Positions 1-9,319 of a stretch of DNA of 64,000 nucleotides are shown piece by piece. This DNA comes from a bacterium. Lineage in GTDB: Bacteria; Patescibacteriota; Minisyncoccia; UBA6257; GWB1-50-10. Both the position numbers and the translations under genes were made by a program. Positions within the stretch are counted from its first letter, which is position 1; each line of letters starts with the position of its first letter. The stretch lies in NCBI GenBank assembly GCA_030647415.1, contig JAUSKB010000011.1, forward strand, positions 21,858 to 85,857, in the 5' to 3' direction. The notes below the pieces were generated by a model. The model was not told where the DNA came from and did not search any database. It worked only from the letters and a program-made list of their open reading frames with translations.

Positions 1-2554
1 CTAAAAACCCGTAGGATTGCGAACTCGCGCCGATATGATAATTCGCGCCGGGCGCCACATACATTTTGTAATATCCCTGGCTGTCCGTTTTCGCGTTTCC
101 GTTCCCCGGGCCTCCCTCCAGCCAGGCGTAGAGCGAAACACTCGCTAAACCGTTCCCCGCCGCGTCTTTCACATACCCCTCAATAAAATCAGACGGTGGC
201 GCGATAATTATGGTTGGCCCCTTGGGCGGATCAGTAATTTCATACGTGTCATCAACATCAACTTGCACCTCAACGGGGAAAGGCATATTTTCTCCGCCCA
301 CTCCTATTTTCCAGACCCCTTTTGAAACATTGAGCGTGAACGTACTGCTCGCCGTAACTTGCGCGCCGGTTCCTTTTCCGCCATTCGGTTGATAGGCAAA
401 CACCCATAATCTTCCGCGTTCTTCACTGCCAAATTGCCCGGATGGTTTTTGCACCGTGCCGACAATTCTATGTGTGGCCGAGGAAAACGTGAAATTTTTT
501 ACGGCGGTCAGCGTTGAAGACGATATGGTTGCTAACTGCGAATCAGGGTCGGTAAACGCGGTTGAAACCGTAATCCCGCCGGATGACGATGGCGGTATAT
601 GCGCCTCAATTCTATATGTTCCGTTTATCGGCACCCCAACGGCATAATTTGCGATACAATCGCCTCCGGTGGTAAAGAACGCCGGCTCAACTTGTTTAAA
701 GCCGGAATCCCCGGAATTAACGCTGTCGGGCATCGCGAATACAACAACTTGTTTATTTTGTCCGCCCGCCGCGCAGGACGCGCCCAACGTTACGGTGCCG
801 GAAATTTTCCGAGAAGTCGCCGGCATAAACAGATTTTGCGCCGCCGAAGTATTCACTTCTCTCCCCGCGGAATTCAAATGCGTTCCGGTTACATCATAGC
901 CCCAGGTATATCCCATTGAAGAAACACCCGTTATTGAAAATGTATCGGTGCCGGCATTGTACGTCATAAAGCCATCACCGACTGAATAGACCGTCATACC
1001 ACTCATTCCTCCGATTACAATACGAATGTTTGTGTTATCCCCGTCCGTCATCGGCGTTGACGTGCCCGACGAATAATACACCTTCGCGGTATACGCGCCC
1101 GCGATGTCGAAGAACGTGTTCGGTCCCATATCATTCATCACGCTTCCCGCAAGAACGTTGACGGGGCCTCCCTGCGCTCCCGCCGGCACTTTTACCACAA
1201 TTGAAGTATTGGACCAACTTCCGCCGGTATAATTCGCCTCAATGGGAGGAAGCGGTCCTGTTTGCTGGCTAAACCCGCCGGAAAAGAAAACCTTGTGATT
1301 GGCATCGCCAATAGTCCCCCCGCCCAGCGTACCGAAATTCGTTCCCGTAATCGTAACGGTTGAGCTTACCGCCCCCGATTGCGGACTTATGCTCGTAATA
1401 CTGGGAAGCGTAAGCGCCTGCACCGGCATACTTGAACTTGAGTAGGCGGTAAGTTTATTATTTGCCCCGCCCAGATCCGTAATCGTCGTGGAGGTGGGGA
1501 CAGAAAAGGAAGCGGTTCCAGACAATGCAAGTCCGCGAATGGTTATCTTCGTTCCGGAAAAATCTACAAACGGAAGGCCCATGCCTCCGCACGTAAGCGC
1601 CGCTCCGTTCACAATATAATTCGGCGTACAGTTCATCGCCTGCATCCCGTCAACATTTTCACTTAAGTTCAAAATAATTCTGTCGGTAAACGCCGTGGCG
1701 GAAGTTATAAACGGCGCCGCGTCCGCCGCAATCGTCACCATATTTGATACATTGCCCGCCTGGTCGTTTACTTGCACATCCACGCTTGTATAGGTGGTAG
1801 TATTAATCGCGAATGGCGCAAATTGACCGGATGGTCCCAACGTCGCTTGCCCTAACAGTGTCGTGCTGGCAGACACATACGCCTTGACTATGCTTCCATT
1901 CGTACCAATGGAAGCGCTCCCCATTGGCGCGAGTTGATTATTCCCAAGCAGAAAATATCCGGCCAAAATATTCGCCGGAGAAACCGCGTCTATGGAAATC
2001 ACCGCTGTTGACGTCGCGTTTATGGTCGGCGAAACACCGCTGGTGGCAACGCTGCTCGTCGCAACCGAAAGCACAAATTTATGCGTATCCGAATTTAATC
2101 CGCTTGCTGTTTTAAACGCGACGAGAAGCACGCTTGGCGTTGACGTTGAGAGCGCTACGGGAACTTTCAATGCAAGTGTCGTTGTAAATGGTCCTGCACC
2201 AGTCCATGAAGGAGTGGTGGACGCTTCCAAAAATCCGCTGGAAGCGCTGTATAAAGAAATACCCGAATTCGTGCTCGTTCCAAGCGCCGCAAGGTCGCTC
2301 GTTAAAAATCCGGTACTCGTCGCATCCGCGACAGAAATTGTAATCGCGGCAAGCGATTCACCTGCATTGCCGGTCAAAGAAATTTGTATGGCCGAGGTTG
2401 TCGCGCTTCCTCCCATTACCCACACTGGTCCTCCCAGTAAGTTTGTCGCGTTCCCAGAAACCGCAGCGCGAACCGTCACCAGATACGCGGAAGCGAAAGA
2501 AACGACTGCAACGACCGATACTACGAGGAACGCAATTTTATATAATTTTTTCAT
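1..2554 (-). CDS. Large secreted surface protein, partial (3' end runs off the window start). It is Ser/Thr/Gly-rich with IPT/TIG-like Ig repeats.
   Basis: On the minus strand an ATG at 2554-2552 opens MKKLYKIAFLVVSVVAVVSFASA (signal peptide), followed by repeats such as ITGTNFG. No in-frame stop occurs before position 1. The long + strand ORFs over it (1992..2627, 599..919) read as antisense shadows. The gene is absent from the ORF track because it is truncated. Confidence 0.55.
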   Translation of the reverse strand, partial: MKKLYKIAFLVVSVVAVVSFASAYLVTVRAAVSGNATNLLGGPVWVMGGSATTSAIQISLTGNAGESLAAITISVADATSTGFLTSDLAALGTSTNSGISLYSASSGFLEASTTPSWTGAGPFTTTLALKVPVALSTSTPSVLLVAFKTASGLNSDTHKFVLSVATSSVATSGVSPTINATSTAVISIDAVSPANILAGYFLLGNNQLAPMGSASIGTNGSIVKAYVSASTTLLGQATLGPSGQFAPFAINTTTYTSVDVQVNDQAGNVSNMVTIAADAAPFITSATAFTDRIILNLSENVDGMQAMNCTPNYIVNGAALTCGGMGLPFVDFSGTKITIRGLALSGTASFSVPTSTTITDLGGANNKLTAYSSSSMPVQALTLPSITSISPQSGAVSSTVTITGTNFGTLGGGTIGDANHKVFFSGGFSQQTGPLPPIEANYTGGSWSNTSIVVKVPAGAQGGPVNVLAGSVMNDMGPNTFFDIAGAYTAKVYYSSGTSTPMTDGDNTNIRIVIGGMSGMTVYSVGDGFMTYNAGTDTFSITGVSSMGYTWGYDVTGTHLNSAGREVNTSAAQNLFMPATSRKISGTVTLGASCAAGGQNKQVVVFAMPDSVNSGDSGFKQVEPAFFTTGGDCIANYAVGVPINGTYRIEAHIPPSSSGGITVSTAFTDPDSQLATISSSTLTAVKNFTFSSATHRIVGTVQKPSGQFGSEERGRLWVFAYQPNGGKGTGAQVTASSTFTLNVSKGVWKIGVGGENMPFPVEVQVDVDDTYEITDPPKGPTIIIAPPSDFIEGYVKDAAGNGLASVSLYAWLEGGPGNGNAKTDSQGYYKMYVAPGANYHIGASSQSYGFL

Positions 2555-2668
2555 CCCATTAGAAATAAACAAGCATAACCCAATTGACCAGAAAGGGCCT
2601 CGTATTCAAATGCTTTGTTGTTCATAAAAATTGATTGCATGTTTATTTCTAACGGGATGCATCCCTAC

Positions 2669-3823
2669 CTACAGAAGTCCATTTAGTTTCGCGCGGGTTT
2701 TCGGTCCCACAAAACCATAGCCGGAATCGCCCGGCTTCGCGATATTGTATTTCTCCTGGAAGGCCTTCACCGCGCTTTCAGTCAAGGCGCCGAAATATCC
2801 GGTCGCGGACACATTCAAGAGACCTTCGTTCTTCAGTATGTTCTGAAGCGCTGTCACGTCTGCTCCCTTCGAGCCTGCGCCTAATGGCCGGTTGAAAGCC
2901 GTGCGGGGAGCGGCGGCGGGAGACGATGGCGTCGTGGCGGGCGCCGGAGCAGGCACGGAGATGGGCGCGGACGGAATAATGTTTTCCGCAATCTTCGTCC
3001 GGGTAAGGGGTCCGAGATACCCGGTGGCCGGAAGTCCAATGCTCGCTTGGTATCGCGCCAGAGCCGCCCGGGTAGCATTCCCGAATAGATTTGTTTCGTG
3101 ACCTGGGGACCCCGCGCCGCCTGCCGCCACCGGAAAACCGTTGCTGTTTAAGAATGTTTGAAGTTGCCGCACATCTTCACCGTGCGAATTAAACTGTAAA
3201 TTGCGTGAAAAAGACGCTCCACCGCCCGCCGCGGTTGAAGGAGCCGCTCCTTGTTGCGTACCTGCTTTGTTTTGTAGGACCTGCAATTGAGCGAGCAACG
3301 CGCTCAATTGGTTTTGCGCCGAAGTGCTGGTACTGGCGCTGGTACTGGCGGGGGTGGCAACGGAAGTTGTGGTAGCGGCAGTCGGCGCTACATACGTACC
3401 GCCGCCTCCCCCGCCGCCGCTGACATTGACCGTAGCTGCTGATGAAACCGTGATGGTATAGGCAAAGCTTGCCACCGTCGAAGAAGCGCTATTTGCATAG
3501 CAGGCAATCGCTTTAATGGTCGCCGATGAGCCCACCGAGATTGCGCTGGAGTATGTCGTGCCGGTTGAAGGGCAGGCCGGCGCGCTGCCGTCGGTAGTGT
3601 ACCGGATGCTGGTCTCGCCGGTGGCGTCCAAGGTAACGCTCTGGGCAGAGGTGTAACTGCCCGCCGCGGGACTCGCGGTCGGCGCCGCCACTACCGTCCC
3701 CTCCACGGGACAATTCACGCCGGTGCACAGCGAACCGGTTATTTCAGACGCAAGAACAGGAAGCGCCGCAAGGAAACCAACCGCACATATGAGTAATGTT
3801 TTTGAGTTCACTATCCTATTCAT
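2669..3823 (-). CDS. Secreted peptidoglycan-binding protein. It has a signal peptide, a CHB_HEX_C/Fn3-like domain (IRYTTDGSAP), a coiled-coil (LSALLAQLQVLQ), and two PG_binding_1 domains.
   Basis: Two copies of the motif G.DV..LQ..L...G......G.FG..T..A...FQ (GEDVRQLQTFLNSNGF...ATRAALARYQ and GADVTALQNILKNEGL...TESAVKAFQ). The N-terminus is hydrophobic. Confidence 0.75.
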   Translation of the reverse strand: MNRIVNSKTLLICAVGFLAALPVLASEITGSLCTGVNCPVEGTVVAAPTASPAAGSYTSAQSVTLDATGETSIRYTTDGSAPACPSTGTTYSSAISVGSSATIKAIACYANSASSTVASFAYTITVSSAATVNVSGGGGGGGTYVAPTAATTTSVATPASTSASTSTSAQNQLSALLAQLQVLQNKAGTQQGAAPSTAAGGGASFSRNLQFNSHGEDVRQLQTFLNSNGFPVAAGGAGSPGHETNLFGNATRAALARYQASIGLPATGYLGPLTRTKIAENIIPSAPISVPAPAPATTPSSPAAAPRTAFNRPLGAGSKGADVTALQNILKNEGLLNVSATGYFGALTESAVKAFQEKYNIAKPGDSGYGFVGPKTRAKLNGLL

Positions 3824-3833
3824 TTTTAATTAC

Positions 3834-6800
3834 CTATTGCGACTGTATCCCGTAGCTCGTGGAATACGATCCGCCCGCCGAACCGGTCGGCACTTTCGCT
3901 TCCACCACTATCTGAATCTGGCGGCCGGCGGTATTCGCGTCCAAGTCAGCGTTCAATGTCATCGCGCTGGGATACGTATTTGCCGCGGTGATGGTGATTG
4001 GCGAGCTTGAGGTCGCGTTTGAGGACTGCGCCGAGTAGAAGCGGATGTTGCTTGCCGCGGCAATGGTGTTTGAACCGCTTATCCAATCCGCGAATTTCAT
4101 CGTCGTGCTCGTCTCGCCCGTCGGCACCGTCACGCTGAACACCCAGCTCCACCCGCTTGCATACGTGTCGTTGGCGGTGGCAAAGGTGCTTGAGGCGGAA
4201 ATTCCCGTTACCGCGAGCGTGACCGACTCCGCAGTCGTGGTGAATTCCTGACTGGCTTTGGTGGTGTACGCGGTTACAGTGTTACCCGCGGCATCTTTGG
4301 CTCCCGTTACCCACAAATAGTATTGCGTGCTGTTCGCCAGATTCGCTATAGGGTCAATCGTCACTATGGTGCGCGCGTCATTCATAGAGTAGGAGGCGCT
4401 AACGACACTGTCACCACTGTACAAGCGAAGCTGGACTGTGTTGGTATTCACCGTATTCGCATCCATTGCTTCACTGAAAGTTACTGTCGGTGAGGCGGTA
4501 ATCGCGGTTGTCGTCGCGCCGTCTACGGGCGACTGTGCGGAGACGGTCGGCGCGGTGGTGTCAGTTGCCGCCGTGGTAAATGCGCTGGTTGAACTCGCGC
4601 CGTAGGCAGTCGCGAGCGCATTCCCCGTAGCGTCCTGAACACTGGTTGAAGCGTAGAGATAGTACGAGGTCGTTGCGGTTAGTGAGGAAAGCGGGGCAAT
4701 AATCACTCGCTTGCCGCCGTTCCCCAGGGAAACCGTAGCGGTCACCACGGAATCATCCGAGGACTTGCGAAGCTGCGCCGTATTGGAATTGACCGAAGAA
4801 ACCTTGAGTTCTTCGGAAAATTCAATGTACGGCTGTATTGTGGCGACAACGCTGGTAGAAGCATTTGTCGGATATTGGCTAGAGACGGTCGGCGCGGTGG
4901 TATCGGACCCTATTGTCGTGAATGTCTGGTCACCAGATGTTCCTGTATTACCGGATGCGTCGCTTGAAAGTACGCGGAAGTGGTAGAGGGTGCTTGCAAT
5001 AAGCCCGGTGAGACCCCGCGAATGAGACGTGGTTGACGTAGTCGATACTGTCGAAGATCCGTAGCTTGAGGTCGTGCCATACTGGATTGTAGATGAAGCG
5101 CTCGTTTCGCTCGTCGTCCATGCTATTGACACGCTTGAGCTGGTAATAGAGCTTGCCTGGATGTTTGAGATAGTGGGGGCGGTGGTATCGGCGGAGGCGG
5201 ATACGGTTACGCTTGTTGAGCTGGTAATAGTTGCGTCCGCATAATCACGAGCAGTAATTGTTACGGTTTGCGCCGTGTTGAGTGTTACGCCACTCGTGAA
5301 TGTCTTGGTCCCGGCATCACCGGATACGAACGGATAGGACTCCGGGCTAAGATCGTACGGTGCGGTTGCGGACGCCGAGATAAATACCACACCCGTGTAC
5401 ACGGTTCCATTTACGCCACTCGCGGTATTTCCACTAGTATCTTTTGCCGTAACCGTAAGATTAAACGCTGTTCCCGCCGTCGGCGTCGCCGTTGATGGGG
5501 TGACGGTGTAGGTGGATGCGGCGGCGTGTCGTACCGTCACACTCGTGGAAGTTCCTGTCAGGGTTGCGTCATTCACCGTAATGGCGCCTAACACTTCGGC
5601 TCTCGTCAGCGTAAAGGTTGCAAGAGAAGCCACGCCGCTTGAGAATGCGGCTTGAACGGTTGAACTCGCGGGAATGGTGGGGGCGGTCCCATTCGGCGAT
5701 GTGTGCGTGCTTAACGCAGTACTGCTTGCATCCAGGAAATTATATGTCTTCCCGGTCGCGCTATATCCAGTGTCGGTAATATCACCCGCATTTGCCGCGG
5801 TAAGCGTCATGGTATCCGCCGAACCAGCCGTCGGCGTAGATGTCGCGAGCGTAACCAAGAATTTGGTGGCCACCACATTCGAGACCGTGGAACTCGCGGT
5901 GCTTGACGCGCTATTAAAGTTATTTGTTCCTGCCGCGTCATCGGTAAAGCTCAAGACGAAGGCCTGTTGGTCGGCGGTTGCGGTATACAGGATCGTGGAG
6001 AAGGTGGAGACGCCGTTCGAGGCGGTGGAGGTCGTCGTGCCAGAGAGAGTACCAGCGCCGCTATAGACCGCGGCAGTAACCACATCGGTGTTGGCCAAAG
6101 CATCAAGCGTATTCTGCGCGTCAACGAATCGTATCACCGGCTGGGTCATCGAGACGCCGGAAATGGAGGAGGTCGGATTGGTGTAGACGATAACCTTGGT
6201 GGCGACAACGTCCGAGGTGACGGCGTTTGCATTGACAGTTGCGAGATTTCCCTCCGCGCCACCCGCAACATCATCCGCAGTAAGGGTGAATGCTTCCTGG
6301 TCAGCGGAGGCGGTGTAAATCAAGTCATCGCTAGTAGCAAAATTAGCGACACCGGCGACGGCGGCCTCTGTGGCATTCGCCAGGGTGCCGGTAGACGCTT
6401 CCGTCAGAGTAATCACCTCAACGAAATCAGTGTCAGTCGCGCCAGCTGCGTTTCTGGCTGTTACCACTGGCTGGGTCACGAGGGCGATGCCGGAGGTGGC
6501 GGAGGCCGGTTGCGTGGTAAAGGCAAGCACGGTGGCAATAACGTTTGACAATGTTGAACTCGCGGTGCTTGATGCGCTATTGAAGTTATTCGTGCCTGCC
6601 GCGTCATCAGCAAAACGTAGGACAAAGGCGCTTTGGTCAGTAGTTGAGGAGTAGATGAGGCCGGAGAAGGTGGCGACGCCGTTCGAGGCAGATGAGGTGG
6701 TGTTGCCCGACACCGTTCCTCCACCGCTTAGAACTTCTGCCGTCACCACATCAGCGTTCGCGAACGTGTCAAGCGCGTCAGCCGCGTTCACAAACCTGAT

Positions 6801-8720
6801 GACGGGCTGGGTCATGGAGACGCCGGAAACCGTGGAGGTCGGATTGGTGTAGACAATGGTCTTGGTGGCGATAACGTTTGACAATGTTGAACTCGCGGTG
6901 CTTGATGCGCTATTGAAGTTGTTCGTGCCTGCCACGTCATCGGTAAAGCTCAAGACGAAGGCGCTTTGGTCAGTAGTTGAGGAGTAGATAAGGCCGGAGA
7001 AGGTGGAGACGCCGTTCGAGGCGGTAGAGGTCGTCGTGCCAGAGAGAGTACCAGCGCCGCTATAGACCGCGGCCGTAACCACGTCAGTGTTGACCGCCGC
7101 ATCCAGCGTGTTCTGCGCGTTAACGAATCGAATGACGGGCTGGGTCATGGAGACGCCGGAAACCGTGGAGGTCGGATTGGTGAAGACGATAACCTTGGTG
7201 GCGACAACGTCCGAGGTGAGGGCGTTTGCATTGACAGCCGCAAGGTCGCCTTCGGCGCCACCAGCAACATCATCCGCAGCAAGGGTAAACGCTTCCTGGT
7301 CAACCGAAGCGGTGTACGCAAGACCGGAGAAAGTGGCGACACCAGAAACCGCGCTTGTGGTCGCATTCGCCAGGGTGCCGGTAGACGCTTCCGTCAGAGT
7401 AATCACCTCAACGAAATCAGTGTCAGTCGCGCCAGCTGCGTTTCTGGCTGTTACCACTGGCTGGGTGACCAACGCGATGCCGGAGGTGGCGGAGGCCGGT
7501 TGCGTGGTAAAGGCAAGCACGGTGGCAACAACGTTTGACAATGTTGAACTCGCGTCCACCGGGGCGCCATTAAAGTTATTCGTGCCTGCCGCGTCATCGG
7601 TGAAACGCAGGACAAAGGCGCTTTGGTCGGTTGATGAGGAGTAAAGAAGACCAGAGAAGGTGGAGACGCCGTTCGAGGCGGTAGAGGTCGTCGCGCCGGA
7701 CAATGATCCACTGCCGCTCTGGACTGAAACGGTTACCACGTCAGTGTTGACCGCGGCATCCAGCGTGTTCTGGGCGTCAACGAATCGAATGACGGGCTGG
7801 GTCATAGAGATGCCGGAAACGGTGGAGGTCGGATTAGTGAAGACGATAACCTTGGTGGCGACAACGTTCGAGGTGACGGCGTTGGCGGTAGTTGTAGCAA
7901 GGTTCGTACCCACACCAGCATCATCATCAGCGGTCAAGGTGAATGCCTCTTGGTCAACCGAGGCGGTGTAAATCAAGCTAGCGCCAGTAGCAAAATTAGC
8001 AACACCGGCGACGGCGGCCTCTGTGGCATTCGCCAGCGTGCCGGTAGCGGTTTCAGTCAGAGTAATAAGTTCTGTGAAATTGGTGTCAGTGTTTCCATAT
8101 GTGTCACGCGCCGTTACGACTGGTTGAGTCACCAGTGCGATGCCGGAGGTGGCAGAGGCCGGTTGGGTGGTGAAAACAATTTGCGTAGCAGTCCCCGGCG
8201 TAAGCGTCACGCCCGCAATTCCGCTCTGGGCAGTTTCACCTGATGCGTTACTTGTAATTGTGAAAGTTCCTGTCGCTCCAGAAGTTGTCGCGTTCGTGAT
8301 ACCAGTCGTTATTCGAAAAGTCGTCCCTGTCCCCGTGCCGAGATCATAACCACTCGTTAAGGTCGCTTTAATGGTGCTACTCGCCGAACTACCGATAACA
8401 CTATCTATGCTACGGTCCACACCGTCCACGCTGATAAAGCCGGAGGTTACACACCCGCTATTACAAATGGCTGAAGCCCCAAGCGATCCATTTGTGATTG
8501 CGTAGCCAGCGGGAAACGTAACGGTAAGAGTCGTCGCGGTTGATGTTGTATTTGTATCAAACGAAACATTGTAATCAGCGTTCGCGGCGCCTACCACCAA
8601 ATCAGCCGCAGCAGTCCCAGCCACCGAACCACCGCTCACTGTCGCGTGAGCATTCGGAACCAAAACAAAACCACCGATTAAAACGAACGCGACTACTAAA
8701 AGAAAACTAGATTTTTTCAT
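3834..8720 (-). CDS. Giant (about 1628 aa) Ser/Thr/Ala-rich secreted surface protein, S-layer-like. It carries tandem Ig-like repeats, Fn3 and Big-like domains.
   Basis: The track ORF is 3834..8843. The internal ATG at 8720 gives MKKSSFLLVVAFVLIGGFVLVPNAHA, a signal peptide. Two repeat types of about 100 aa alternate (FTTQPASATSGIALVTQPVVTAR... and KVIVFTNPTSTVSGISMTQPVIRFV...). The C-terminal domains include an Fn3 (SSVSIAWTTSE...LYHFRVLSSDASGN) and a Big-like domain. Confidence 0.8.
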   Translation of the reverse strand: MKKSSFLLVVAFVLIGGFVLVPNAHATVSGGSVAGTAAADLVVGAANADYNVSFDTNTTSTATTLTVTFPAGYAITNGSLGASAICNSGCVTSGFISVDGVDRSIDSVIGSSASSTIKATLTSGYDLGTGTGTTFRITTGITNATTSGATGTFTITSNASGETAQSGIAGVTLTPGTATQIVFTTQPASATSGIALVTQPVVTARDTYGNTDTNFTELITLTETATGTLANATEAAVAGVANFATGASLIYTASVDQEAFTLTADDDAGVGTNLATTTANAVTSNVVATKVIVFTNPTSTVSGISMTQPVIRFVDAQNTLDAAVNTDVVTVSVQSGSGSLSGATTSTASNGVSTFSGLLYSSSTDQSAFVLRFTDDAAGTNNFNGAPVDASSTLSNVVATVLAFTTQPASATSGIALVTQPVVTARNAAGATDTDFVEVITLTEASTGTLANATTSAVSGVATFSGLAYTASVDQEAFTLAADDVAGGAEGDLAAVNANALTSDVVATKVIVFTNPTSTVSGVSMTQPVIRFVNAQNTLDAAVNTDVVTAAVYSGAGTLSGTTTSTASNGVSTFSGLIYSSTTDQSAFVLSFTDDVAGTNNFNSASSTASSTLSNVIATKTIVYTNPTSTVSGVSMTQPVIRFVNAADALDTFANADVVTAEVLSGGGTVSGNTTSSASNGVATFSGLIYSSTTDQSAFVLRFADDAAGTNNFNSASSTASSTLSNVIATVLAFTTQPASATSGIALVTQPVVTARNAAGATDTDFVEVITLTEASTGTLANATEAAVAGVANFATSDDLIYTASADQEAFTLTADDVAGGAEGNLATVNANAVTSDVVATKVIVYTNPTSSISGVSMTQPVIRFVDAQNTLDALANTDVVTAAVYSGAGTLSGTTTSTASNGVSTFSTILYTATADQQAFVLSFTDDAAGTNNFNSASSTASSTVSNVVATKFLVTLATSTPTAGSADTMTLTAANAGDITDTGYSATGKTYNFLDASSTALSTHTSPNGTAPTIPASSTVQAAFSSGVASLATFTLTRAEVLGAITVNDATLTGTSTSVTVRHAAASTYTVTPSTATPTAGTAFNLTVTAKDTSGNTASGVNGTVYTGVVFISASATAPYDLSPESYPFVSGDAGTKTFTSGVTLNTAQTVTITARDYADATITSSTSVTVSASADTTAPTISNIQASSITSSSVSIAWTTSETSASSTIQYGTTSSYGSSTVSTTSTTSHSRGLTGLIASTLYHFRVLSSDASGNTGTSGDQTFTTIGSDTTAPTVSSQYPTNASTSVVATIQPYIEFSEELKVSSVNSNTAQLRKSSDDSVVTATVSLGNGGKRVIIAPLSSLTATTSYYLYASTSVQDATGNALATAYGASSTSAFTTAATDTTAPTVSAQSPVDGATTTAITASPTVTFSEAMDANTVNTNTVQLRLYSGDSVVSASYSMNDARTIVTIDPIANLANSTQYYLWVTGAKDAAGNTVTAYTTKASQEFTTTAESVTLAVTGISASSTFATANDTYASGWSWVFSVTVPTGETSTTMKFADWISGSNTIAAASNIRFYSAQSSNATSSSPITITAANTYPSAMTLNADLDANTAGRQIQIVVEAKVPTGSAGGSYSTSYGIQSQ
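5850..8200. repeat. Near-identical intragenic tandem DNA repeats inside the giant surface-protein gene, with a period of about 1 kb built from alternating 660-bp and 340-bp sub-units.
   Basis: A 60-mer (aacgaatcgaatgacgggctgggtcatggagacgccggaaaccgtggaggtcggattggtg) recurs at about 6130, 6790, 7130 and 7790. The shadow ORFs 6370..6654 and 7087..7644 encode near-identical peptides. Confidence 0.6.
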
Positions 8721-9141
8721 ATTTATTACGAACTGAATTCTATCGCAGGTTCTTCCGCCAGAGGCACCGTGCCTACCGGCGGGCAGGGATCCACCTTCGC
8801 GCTTGCAAACGACCTTTTGTTTTTTTGCGCGGGAAGGTTTCAAGAACCTGCGTTTATTGTTTTAGATAGTTATGCCGAATATTTCTTGATGCCTGAATGA
8901 CCTTTTTATAAGATCTGAAATTAGGGTTAGTTATCAAATCAATATCGTACGTACATTGTAGCATACCCACTATTCTTCACCTGTGGATATGTGCAAAATA
9001 TGCACATACTGCGCGAGCCACGCGATTATCCGCTGGCGCTGCTGGAACGCTGCGTCTGAAATAATAGGTAGTAATGGCAGGTGAGAGTGGCGAGTTCGCG
9101 AAGGCGGGCCCGACTCGCATACAGGCGAGGCAGGGTGTAGG

Positions 9142-9267
9142 ATTCACCCTGTTAGAGATTTGCATACAATTTTCTGCCATATTTAAGTATGACGGTACTG
9201 AAAGCAAAAATGTACACCGAGAAAGTAGCGTGCGTGCAAATCTCTAACAGGGTAAACTTCTAACAGG
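9142..9267. promoter_or_regulatory. Inverted-repeat motif pair, (A)TTCACCCTGTTAGAGATTTGCA and TGCAAATCTCTAACAGGGTAAAC, about 70 bp apart, with an extra half-site TTCTAACAGG. It sits upstream of the initiating sugar-transferase gene.
   Basis: The 18-nt arms are perfect reverse complements (9142-9164 and 9235-9257). The same motif family recurs at 52324-52586. Confidence 0.5.
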
Positions 9268-9276
9268 TTGTTCGAC

Positions 9277-9291
9277 TCTGAGAGTCTCAGA
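9277..9291. promoter_or_regulatory. Palindrome TCTGAGAgTCTCAGA of 15 bp, 29 bp upstream of the ATG at 9320. A possible operator.
   Basis: The 7-bp arms are perfect reverse complements around a single centre base. Confidence 0.3.
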
Positions 9292-9319
9292 CTCGAAGAG
9301 GTAAATCCTGAAACCACGC

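Noticed and set aside
1992-2627. A 211-aa ORF on the plus strand.
   Set aside because: It is the antisense shadow of the minus-strand surface-protein gene. It is low-complexity, Ala/Thr/Val-rich, and shows no start context.
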